Below, piece after piece: positions 56,240 to 64,000 of a DNA stretch of 64,000 nucleotides. Position numbers and translations under genes: made by a program. The notes under the pieces are model-generated. The model was not told the origin of the DNA. It made no database searches and saw only the letters and a list, made by a program, of their open reading frames with translations. The stretch is from a virus, in the IMG/VR virus record IMGVR_UViG_3300036760_000945, positions 1-64,000 of that record. One strand, written 5' to 3'. The stretch's first letter is position 1; each line of letters opens with the position of its first letter.

Positions 56240-56935
56240 ATCAATCATACCAATTCTACCACAAAAGAACACCCGCCACAATTTGAGCTTGCAGACGCTC
56301 TGCGACTGCAGAGGCCTGGCGGGTATACTGTCCCCATTCTACCATAGTCTCACAATATGTCAAATGTGAGACACAAAACGATTGGTATCTAATAGATGAG
56401 CCACAAAACCAGCCACCGCTTATCAACATAAGCAATGCCGATTAGCAATATACCGGCAAAGATTGTAAACATGGTGAGGGCTGCAAAACCCCCGAAGCTA
56501 TTGGGAATTGTACAAGGCCAACCAACACACACCATCTTTGCACATGCGTGCTCGCGGCTCGAGGTAGAATGCTACCCAGCCACGCCTGCGGAGAAAGTTC
56601 GCCATCAGGCGATGGTGAAAAGCCGAGGCATTATGCAACCAAACTAAGATTCTGTCCATTTTATTATCCTTTCTCTGAGAAAGAGCCTACAAGATTTGAG
56701 GTAGAAGCATATTATACCATAGACCGGCAGTATAAAGCAGCAAGCAGTGCTCAATACCCCAAAAAACCTACGAGGGTGTAAAAGGGTAATAGTAGGGGAG
56801 AGAGAGGTGGGAAGTGAGCGGGGGGTATATATAAATATTTCCTGCGAGACACAGGAGGCGGGGAGAGGCTCTCCCCCCGTGTCCTGTGGCCCGCAGGGCC
56901 AGCGCCCAGCAGCGAGCGCTGCTGGAGAAAGGAGG
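56240..56935. promoter_or_regulatory. divergent control region between late (-) and early (+) arms
   Basis: Strand switch point; - strand TGG-TAGAAT/TATAAT sites near 56253, 56337 and 56711; no convincing ORF. Confidence 0.55.
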
Positions 56936-56941
56936 CACGCA

Positions 56942-57115
56942 ATGGCTACAACTACATCAACCCTGAAGGCGGCTGCAGAGCAAGCCCTAAAAGAGGCTGG
57001 CGATGCGGCAAAGCGGGGGGAGTATCACAAAGTAAAAGAGTGGATGGCCAAGTACCAGGAGCGCCGTGCTCTATATCTTGCTGCCGTCCACAGTTGCCTA
57101 GTGCCCTTAGGCTAG
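56942..57115 (+). CDS. small early protein
   Basis: AAAGGAGG RBS. Confidence 0.65.
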   Translation: MATTTSTLKAAAEQALKEAGDAAKRGEYHKVKEWMAKYQERRALYLAAVHSCLVPLG

Positions 57116-57186
57116 GCGCGGCAGGACTTGGGGGACCTGCGTGGGCATGGTAAAATCAACCTATAAGCCCAGGAAAGGAGATCGAC

Positions 57187-57441
57187 ATGGCTGAGCAAGA
57201 ACGCTCAAAGGGAGGGAAAGACAGCAAGAAGGTCAAGCGCGCACGGCGCCATGCACATGGTGCATTCGTACCACGTGTGCACAATAAGACCAATTCTTTG
57301 CGGCGCATGATCCACAAGGGACAGGTCTTCAATGAGTATAAGGCGCGTGGCGAAAGCCCGTTCCTCATGCCCTTCGACAACTATCTGTGCCGCATGTTCG
57401 CATTCATGCGTGCACAAGGACTGCCCGCACCGCGCGGGTAG
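57187..57441 (+). CDS. small basic early protein
   Basis: AAAGGAG RBS; TGGTAAAAT extended -10 near 57148. Confidence 0.65.
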   Translation: MAEQERSKGGKDSKKVKRARRHAHGAFVPRVHNKTNSLRRMIHKGQVFNEYKARGESPFLMPFDNYLCRMFAFMRAQGLPAPRG

Positions 57442-57447
57442 CTAGTG

Positions 57448-57519
57448 GCCCCTATAGCTCAATGGATAGAGCAACTGCCTTCTAAGCAGAGGGTCTGGGT
57501 TCGAGTCCCAGTAGGGGCA
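57448..57519 (+). tRNA. tRNA-Arg(TCT), CCA not encoded
   Basis: GCCCCTA/TAGGGGC acceptor stem; GCTC/GAGC D arm; CTTCTAA anticodon loop; CTGGG-TTCGAGT-CCCAG T arm. Confidence 0.93.
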
Positions 57520-57565
57520 TTAGGACAGGGACGTACCCTGCCCACATTCAAAGAAAGGAGTAAGA

Positions 57566-57697
57566 ATGCTCAAATATCTGCTTCGCTTACTGCGGCAACT
57601 CTTGCATATCAGACAAGAGACTAGCAAGGGGGATATGTATTGTCCTCAGTGCGGTTGGGGGTACACTGAGATCGAGCACACGCAGCAATGCGGGTAA
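57566..57697 (+). CDS. 43-aa protein with CPQC motif
   Basis: AAAGGAG RBS; below ORF-track cutoff. Confidence 0.5.
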   Translation: MLKYLLRLLRQLLHIRQETSKGDMYCPQCGWGYTEIEHTQQCG

Positions 57698-57775
57698 GAC
57701 CATGATCGTCGAGCCTGTAGTGCGAGCAGGCTCACGAATATGGCACTTGCCATAGACTGTTAGTAAGGAGGTCCT

Positions 57776-57961
57776 ATGATCAAGTTTGGCCTCAGCATCG
57801 AGGTCAAGCAGGAGAGGATTGGCAGTACCAATCCTTTCCCTGTGGTTTATGTGTACCAAGGGGGTGTACACATAAATCCTCTGGCACTTACAGATGGGGA
57901 AAATAAGACGCTGAAGAAACTATTAGCAGGGGTGAACTACAGGCTAATACGTTTGCCATAG
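57776..57961 (+). CDS. small early protein
   Basis: TAAGGAGGT RBS. Confidence 0.65.
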   Translation: MIKFGLSIEVKQERIGSTNPFPVVYVYQGGVHINPLALTDGENKTLKKLLAGVNYRLIRLP

Positions 57962-57990
57962 ACTTAGACAAGGACCCTAAGGAGGTCAAT

Positions 57991-58236
57991 ATGTCTACTG
58001 TAGTTGCACACTTGGCTTCATTCGAGAAGCCAAGCCAAGTCCCATTGAATAGATGTCCAGTGGGACTGTCTCTTATCGTAGGGGGCAGGCTGATGTCTGT
58101 AGTCAGCCTGGGCAAGGGCAAGGCGCTGCACTCTGATGCGCCAATCCCTGCGCCAATCAAGCGCCCAGACGATGGGCGCACATTCGCGCGGGCACGCAAG
58201 AACAACTCGCCCGCAGTCTCAATGAAGGAGGAATAG
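57991..58236 (+). CDS. small early protein
   Basis: TAAGGAGGT RBS. Confidence 0.65.
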   Translation: MSTVVAHLASFEKPSQVPLNRCPVGLSLIVGGRLMSVVSLGKGKALHSDAPIPAPIKRPDDGRTFARARKNNSPAVSMKEE

Positions 58237-58349
58237 CGTGTTGACAAGGCTCTTGGTACGCGGTCTATATCGCCTGCGCAGGCGATACTCTCAGGCTACA
58301 TGCCTGAGGATAGGCAAGGAAGTCGCTTCCTATCCAGCGCTTCCATTCT

Positions 58350-58596
58350 ATGCAACAGTACTGTATCTGGCACTGTTCGTGTAATGGACTCCGCATCTGG
58401 GCTATGCGGGATAGAAATTAGCCCATTGTTTTTCTTTCGGCAGCACGTAATCTACTCAAGGTGTTGCAGATGTTATGTTTATGTTGCATTTCATAGACAT
58501 GTCATCCTCATCACATGTTGCAGTCTGTCAAGTCCATGTAATGTCAGCCCCATAACAGGATCGCACTTGTTATGGGCATTATGCTGCAATGTTGCA
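58350..58596. repeat. cluster of TGTTGCA heptamers in non-coding DNA
   Basis: Direct copies at 58462, 58482, 58516, 58590; variant at 58582; inverted copy at 58351. Confidence 0.6.
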
Positions 58597-59006
58597 GTAG
58601 AGTGTACCAGCACTTCCTGGCCAAGAAAGGAGAATAAGATGTCAGATACATACTTTTTTGTGGGACAATCAACTACATTAATGCAGTATTCGTGATGTCT
58701 AACGAGACACACGACCGGCTTTTCCCCGTCTGTCACGTACCAAATGAGCCGGGGGACGAACAACTCGGGACATGCAGCATGGGGGTGTGGGGTGAACCGT
58801 CAAACTTTGAAGAGGCAGTAGAGTTGGCAATCCGCTCTGCCGCGGAGTCGAACGCAGAGGTCTTCTTTCTCGCGTAAGCTCCTATCTCTTTCCGTGTGGC
58901 AGGTAATTGGCTCGAAGCCTGCGGAGAGGGACTAGTCGGGCTTGACCCGATGAGCGACCTGGCGCTTTCCAGGTCTGTACGGCCATACTCATGAAAGGAG
59001 TTAACG

Positions 59007-59591
59007 ATGGCCAAAATGAAGGGTGTAAGTCTGCAAGAGGCTAAAGATCTGGTACCTCAGATCGAGCCCATCGTCCTTCCTATGGATTTCATCAATCTCC
59101 AGGAAGATAAAACTGCGCAAGCGCTGGAAGATGCAGCGCTGTTGCGCGGTCTTGCTTTCGAGTGCCTGAATCTGCGAAAGTCCGAGCTTGCAAAGCAGAA
59201 GGAAGCGCAGGGGAAACTCGAGATCTGGGAGTCCCGAACCAAGGAGAAACGTGCAGATGCCTGGAAGGCTTTCTGCACGCAGTATCCCGGCATGGCAGCG
59301 TTCATCTATTCCAATGCGCCCGGCGCTGAGAAGAAGAGGCACGAGATCAATCAGCGGATTGATACTCTGCTGATCAGCGTCGATCGGGAATATGCCCGCT
59401 TCGTGGAACTCAAGGCAGAGGTGAACGCTATCGATGCCTGGCTTGGCTCGAAAGAAGCGCTGGCCTTCAAGACGCATTTCGAAGATGCAAGGAAGGCGTT
59501 GGAGAAAGTGGGCCTCGACTTCGATGAGATCTGGCCCTCTCGGAAGGCAGCCAAGGGGGAACAAATTGAGGCCGAGCAGAAGATGAAATAG
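59007..59591 (+). CDS. coiled-coil hypothetical protein
   Basis: AAAGGAG RBS; biased codons. Confidence 0.75.
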   Translation: MAKMKGVSLQEAKDLVPQIEPIVLPMDFINLQEDKTAQALEDAALLRGLAFECLNLRKSELAKQKEAQGKLEIWESRTKEKRADAWKAFCTQYPGMAAFIYSNAPGAEKKRHEINQRIDTLLISVDREYARFVELKAEVNAIDAWLGSKEALAFKTHFEDARKALEKVGLDFDEIWPSRKAAKGEQIEAEQKMK

Positions 59592-59679
59592 TCGGCCTGC
59601 CATAACCGCACTGGACACGGGGGGCAAGTCCAGTGCGGGCAGGGGCAAACCGGCCCCACTTTCACGCAAGGAGGTAACT

Positions 59680-60591
59680 ATGGCACGTTCGAAGAAGACT
59701 AGTACCACAAGCAAGATCAAAGTTTCTACACCTGTTCAAAACAAGGAGGTAACACCAATGTATGAGAATTTACCCGAGTTGAAATTCGCACCTGGCTATA
59801 TCAGCATCGGCAAGTTTGGCGAAGGCGAGCCAATCATTCGCATCGACCAGTTCCGTGGCTTCAATAGCCGCGATCTGATCGTGGGCTTGCTGAATGGGAT
59901 GTTCGATGCCAGCGCCGGCATCTATCCCGTGCTCGTGCCCGGCCTCCATCTAAAGCACACGATGGAAGAGTTGTGGGCGAAGGGATATGTGTCCAATGCT
60001 GGTTATGTCAATACCGAATATGCCGGCGAGTTTGCTGGTATGTTCGTAGAACCGCTGCGCACTGGCTGGTGGAGCATCGGCTTCGTCGGCGGCCAGTTCG
60101 TATTCGAATGGCAGGCGAAGTATGTTGGCTATGTCGAAGGCGAGGCGCCGTGGGTACAGAAGTCCCGCAATGCCTTCTGCAAGCATGTCGGCCTCGAACT
60201 CCTGCTGAAGGGCAAGCCCATCATTCTTCACTACAACGTGAAGGATGAATGGATGTCCTCCAAAGTAGCCACCAAGGTTGCCCAGGCAGGGATGTCGGTT
60301 GCTGACCGGCTTATCGACATTCGCACGAAGGTCGCCCAGACACAGGCCTGGCGGGTAAACCAGCAAGTCGAGGCCATCTATGCCCAGCCCGACTATGCCC
60401 CGGTTGCACGCCTTGCAACTGTACGACTGCACGGTGGAGGCAATATGGAACCAGAGGCGCTAGTTGGCCAGACGATCCTGAAGTGGATGGGTAACATCCG
60501 CGTCGGCGCAGTGGCGATTACTCCCGAGAACCTGCCAGCGCAGCTTGAAGTGCTGCGCCGCGGGCAAATGACCGTCGAGCTCGCCCAGTAA
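59680..60591 (+). CDS. hypothetical protein with two in-frame starts (59680, 59758)
   Basis: CAAGGAGGTAAC precedes both ATGs; biased codons. Confidence 0.75.
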   Translation: MARSKKTSTTSKIKVSTPVQNKEVTPMYENLPELKFAPGYISIGKFGEGEPIIRIDQFRGFNSRDLIVGLLNGMFDASAGIYPVLVPGLHLKHTMEELWAKGYVSNAGYVNTEYAGEFAGMFVEPLRTGWWSIGFVGGQFVFEWQAKYVGYVEGEAPWVQKSRNAFCKHVGLELLLKGKPIILHYNVKDEWMSSKVATKVAQAGMSVADRLIDIRTKVAQTQAWRVNQQVEAIYAQPDYAPVARLATVRLHGGGNMEPEALVGQTILKWMGNIRVGAVAITPENLPAQLEVLRRGQMTVELAQ

Positions 60592-60631
60592 TTCCTGTCA
60601 TGGAGGGAGAAAAGGGGGATCTCCCTCCCTC

Positions 60632-60642
60632 TGTGGTATAAT
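60632..60642 (+). promoter_or_regulatory. extended -10 promoter TGTGGTATAAT
   Basis: Follows GGAGGGAGA/TCTCCCTCC hairpin; AAAGGAGG RBS downstream. Confidence 0.7.
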
Positions 60643-60897
60643 ACGCCTGTATAAAGGAGGCAGCAATGGAATGCGTATTTCTGCTTATAATGGTTTACTT
60701 TGCCGTTGAGCTAATCTGCTGGCTTACAGGAGCTGACAAGAGAGGAGGCTTTTAGCTATGTCCATAAAAGGCGGTTCGACCAAAAAGGGCACTCTGCCTA
60801 ATCCTTCCAAGAAGACGGCTGTACCTGGCACTGGTCGCAATAGACCTGCCAAGGGCTATGATCCTGTAACCAAGACCTGGCATCAAAGGGAGCAAAG

Positions 60898-61098
60898 ATG
60901 AAACGTATATGGGCGATCTGCCTTCTGATCTCTGCAATGCTTGCACTGCTCTGGGATATACTGCTTGCCTGCGTTCTTGTCTTCTTCAAGGTGCCACACA
61001 TGTTCGTATATTTGTTCCTTAGCTTCAGCATCATCGTTCCTGCCTGCTTTCTTGTACTGGCTATGTGCGCTGCTGGAAGTGATGCAAGTTATGGGTAA
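60898..61098 (+). CDS. small membrane protein
   Basis: Two hydrophobic segments; GGAG RBS. Confidence 0.55.
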   Translation: MKRIWAICLLISAMLALLWDILLACVLVFFKVPHMFVYLFLSFSIIVPACFLVLAMCAAGSDASYG

Positions 61099-61474
61099 AC
61101 GAATGCCTATACTTATGCTTACCAAACTCATTGGCAACAAGACTAATGCAACGAGACTCGATGATGCGATGCGCGTCTGTAAGTACCTCTCCCTATATTT
61201 ATCCAGGGCGCAGGCTGTTGTTCTATCCTTCAAGGGCATTCACACTGCTAGTCCCGAGTTTCTCAATGTTGCATTCGGGCAACTCTATGGCTCATTCGAG
61301 GGCGACTTCCTATCAAAGATGCTCTCTGTTGAAGATCTGCCTCCCTCGATAAGGCCAAAGCTGCGTAGAGCGATCAGTAATGCAAAGACATATTTCCAAG
61401 TTAGAAGCAAAGACATCCAGGAAGAGAAGACCCGCTTCGTAGATTGGCCCACTCCAGATGAAAATGGTAGCTGA
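61091..61474 (+). CDS. STAS-like domain protein (DUF4325)
   Basis: VVLSFKGI..ASPEFLNVAFGQLY. Confidence 0.8.
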   Translation: MGKRMPILMLTKLIGNKTNATRLDDAMRVCKYLSLYLSRAQAVVLSFKGIHTASPEFLNVAFGQLYGSFEGDFLSKMLSVEDLPPSIRPKLRRAISNAKTYFQVRSKDIQEEKTRFVDWPTPDENGS

Positions 61475-61614
61475 TAAGCGTATTGCACATTTGCTCGAAC
61501 GCAACCGTCGGCGGGGAATAAACTTTACCCGCCGCATCCATGCTGAGACCAAAGCGCACCGTAAGCAAGCAAAATGTTCGCGCCGTATAAATAGGTGATG
61601 AAAGGAGAATAACT

Positions 61615-61857
61615 ATGACTAAGTCTATTACTGTAAAGGTACGCAAGATCGAAGATGGAACCACGGCTTACACAGAGGAACACCGAGATGCCTTTTATGT
61701 CGGGCATATGTATCCTGGTGAGACCATAAGCGTGATACCCAACGAAAACTGTCCAGGTTGGTATAAGAGCATAATAAATGGCTATAACTACCACAAGTCC
61801 TGGCTCATATTCCCCAAGGCCCGACATATTCGTGAAGGCGAATGTGCCAAAGCGTGA
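61615..61857 (+). CDS. small beta-rich protein, paralog of 62640-63041 N-terminus
   Basis: Shared M.PGE.I.V.PN.CPGWY...Y.YH.SWL.F. Confidence 0.7.
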   Translation: MTKSITVKVRKIEDGTTAYTEEHRDAFYVGHMYPGETISVIPNENCPGWYKSIINGYNYHKSWLIFPKARHIREGECAKA

Positions 61858-62125
61858 GGAGAGAATATTGATATCCTCGTATACATGTCCATACACAAGA
61901 CTAGATAACAAGCAGCATTCTCGTATGATTAATATCTATGAGCGTCCTCTTATGGGGCTTGCTGAACATAAATACTGGTGGCTCCCTATCTTCAGTATTT
62001 CCCGGGACAGAAGATTGAGGATCGACTGGCTGGTCTGGAATATCTATATAGGAAAGAGCAAATTATGGTGGCAATAGAGATTGAGATCGCAGATAGTACG
62101 ATCGTTGAGTAAGGAAGAATTGATC

Positions 62126-62323
62126 ATGTACGAATATGAAGGCTTCCGAAGGCAGGCTTATGAGGGGGGACTGTCATTTATACCAGTCTGTACTATCTGT
62201 GGCCGTTTCGTCAAGGCGGACGAAACTGTTGTTATAAATGGATTAGGCGAATATGTCACTGAATTGAATGCTACCTGTTCTAAATGTGGCAGGGTAGAAA
62301 TGCCATTCGAGGGCTTTTCTTAA
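62126..62323 (+). CDS. zinc-ribbon protein
   Basis: PVCTICGRFVKAD...ATCSKCGRVEM. Confidence 0.7.
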   Translation: MYEYEGFRRQAYEGGLSFIPVCTICGRFVKADETVVINGLGEYVTELNATCSKCGRVEMPFEGFS

Positions 62324-62359
62324 TAGGCGAGTTATGGCGATAAAGATAAGGAGAGACTA

Positions 62360-62656
62360 ATGAAGACAGAGATCTATTTTCACGGCCAGGGCTTCGCTGA
62401 CCCACCTGCAGCATTGAATCAAGCGAAGAATGTCATGCGCCTTGTTATTAGCTTGGCAGCCAAACTTGATATTCCTCTGCAAGATGCTGTGGATTGGCTG
62501 TATGAAGGTGATATACTTACTGGTAATGAGACTGTTGAGAACCTGGTTTACCAATGGAATAACGAAAATTGGCAACTGCAAGCCGAGGGATATTACGCAA
62601 GAGAATCAACTATAATCTCCAAGTTAGAAGGAGAGAACAATGACAATCAAAGTTAG
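62360..62656 (+). CDS. hypothetical protein
   Basis: AAGGAG RBS. Confidence 0.65.
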   Translation: MKTEIYFHGQGFADPPAALNQAKNVMRLVISLAAKLDIPLQDAVDWLYEGDILTGNETVENLVYQWNNENWQLQAEGYYARESTIISKLEGENNDNQS

Positions 62657-63041
62657 AGTACGTATGATCCCCAAGAGAACTCAATTAACGAAGGATGGCT
62701 GGACGGACGTATTCACAGGAGAAAATATGAGGCCCGGCGAAGTTATTGAGGTTGTTCCTAACCATTGCCCAGGCTGGTATAGGGATGTCCCTAAGTCAGG
62801 CTCCTCCTCATATCACTACCATGATTCCTGGCTAGACTTCGATTTCGATTATACGCCTATAGCAGTGCCTGATAATTACTCAAAGGCCGCCCGGCTCTGG
62901 AAGGGACTACTGCAAAAGTACCTGATATCTACTATTGGTGGCCGGTCTGACCATGGGCCTATCATTGATGAGATCGAGGCAGCACTAAATGAGAGTGCAC
63001 AAGAAGCGCTTGCACTTAGCGGCATGCGGGAGTCTCTATGA
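62640..63041 (+). CDS. hypothetical protein, paralog of 61615-61857 plus C-terminal helix
   Basis: AAGGAG RBS; shared motif. Confidence 0.7.
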   Translation: MTIKVRVRMIPKRTQLTKDGWTDVFTGENMRPGEVIEVVPNHCPGWYRDVPKSGSSSYHYHDSWLDFDFDYTPIAVPDNYSKAARLWKGLLQKYLISTIGGRSDHGPIIDEIEAALNESAQEALALSGMRESL

Positions 63042-63256
63042 CTGACACTGTTATAGGGAGATGGACAATGCATTATTACTTTAGAGATACATTGCCAATG
63101 GAATTTATAGGTGATCTCTATGATATTATGCGGGATCGGGATAATGATATGCTTACACCTGAGAGGCTAATTGACGACATTGTCGATTTGCTAAGGCGGT
63201 ACATAGCTGCCCACTCAGAATCGCCTAAGGAGAAGTCAGATGAGACTAAAGGCTAG
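63038..63256 (+). CDS. hypothetical protein
   Basis: ATGA coupling; GGAG RBS. Confidence 0.6.
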   Translation: MTDTVIGRWTMHYYFRDTLPMEFIGDLYDIMRDRDNDMLTPERLIDDIVDLLRRYIAAHSESPKEKSDETKG

Positions 63257-63527
63257 TAATATTATGCAGAAGGGGGATATTATCCACTATAAGAAGGGTT
63301 CACTAAACCGAGACATAATAGTTGATGGTTGGGCCGGGTCCCAAGTAAGTGAGCTATTCTATGATCGAATGCTCGATTATGTAGAGCGTCCTGCGCCAAT
63401 AGTTCTCCCAAGTTGGTCCCCTTGGTCCTGGCTTCCTCTGTATCTGCTCTGGGTAGTTATGGCCATTATTGTTACGGCCATACCCCTTATCGTGGTCAGC
63501 CTCATTGTTGCCAGGTTTGTGCCCTAG
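63240..63527 (+). CDS. hypothetical protein with C-terminal membrane segment
   Basis: AAGGAG RBS; hydrophobic C-terminus. Confidence 0.6.
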   Translation: MRLKASNIMQKGDIIHYKKGSLNRDIIVDGWAGSQVSELFYDRMLDYVERPAPIVLPSWSPWSWLPLYLLWVVMAIIVTAIPLIVVSLIVARFVP

Positions 63528-63775
63528 GAAAGAGATAGGCAAATGAAACTAATATTTTTCCTGCGCCCGCCCAGGTATTTCCTCCACAAAAACCGGTACG
63601 GCGTTCGTGCTTGCAATCTGTGGTATTGGCCATTCACGATATATATTTGGCTCTGTGATCTCGGCGCTACCACTTTTGGCTTTGCATGTGAGAAGAGGCC
63701 TAGAATATGAGAATTCGTGTGATTTTGTGTGATTTCCTTCCAACTTGGAAAATGAGAGCCTACAAGGAGGACTAA

Positions 63776-64000
63776 ATGTCAGGAATGACTTGGATGAGAG
63801 AGCACTACCCAATAACTGCTGATGCAGCAGCCAGGCTTGGTCTGCTGGCTGCTGCCGAACACTCTTTACATAAGTGGGAGGGCTTTAGTAAAGAAGAGCG
63901 AAAGAAGCATAATGTCCACTTTGTCCATGGATATAGTATTACTTTAGCTGATGCAACTGGGGAAGATATTATGAGCATGGGCAGCACTACGTGTGCATAC
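63776..64000 (+). CDS. hypothetical protein (runs off window)
   Basis: AAGGAGG RBS; open to window end. Confidence 0.6.
   Translation, partial: MSGMTWMREHYPITADAAARLGLLAAAEHSLHKWEGFSKEERKKHNVHFVHGYSITLADATGEDIMSMGSTTCAY

Noticed and set aside
58300-58695. 131-aa ORF across the TGTTGCA region
   Set aside because: No RBS; composition reflects the repeats; the real start signal is at 58639.
59001-59720. 239-aa antisense ORF
   Set aside because: Mirror of a codon-biased + strand gene; no motif.
1-64000. Prophage status or host assignment
   Set aside because: No integrase, att site or host genes in the window; the host cannot be established from sequence inspection alone.

Overview
This window is most of the genome of a tailed dsDNA phage with siphovirus-like gene order; no integrase, DNA polymerase or CRISPR is visible, and the host cannot be determined. 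Layout: + strand replication/recombination/nucleic-acid genes at 1-12.5 kb (DnaC-like loader, DnaB-like helicase, Rnl2-type RNA ligase, Rad52/Sak, ASCH, intein-containing DUF5131); an inverted + strand island at 13.0-16.0 kb; a long - strand late region at 12.6-56.1 kb (glycosyl/methyltransferase cluster, GH25 endolysin, terminase, portal, scaffold, capsid, tail tube, frameshifted chaperones, ~2990-aa tape measure, tail tip/fibre); and + strand small early genes with tRNA-Arg(TCT) from 56.9 kb. The most striking observations are four. (1) The terminase intein has no in-frame nuclease but carries a complete HTH-HNH homing endonuclease gene on the opposite strand, so both strands are open. (2) The tape measure N-terminus carries two-barrel RNA polymerase motifs (K-x6-K, R-x-P, DLDRD), and its C-terminus has a non-splicing Hint domain. 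(3) A 7-repeat beta-strand protein sits beside two 335-aa lectin-like paralogs and may supply their missing last strand in trans. (4) Several homing-endonuclease insertions appear to duplicate and recode the first codons of the invaded gene. All product calls are by motif recognition only; no searches were run.
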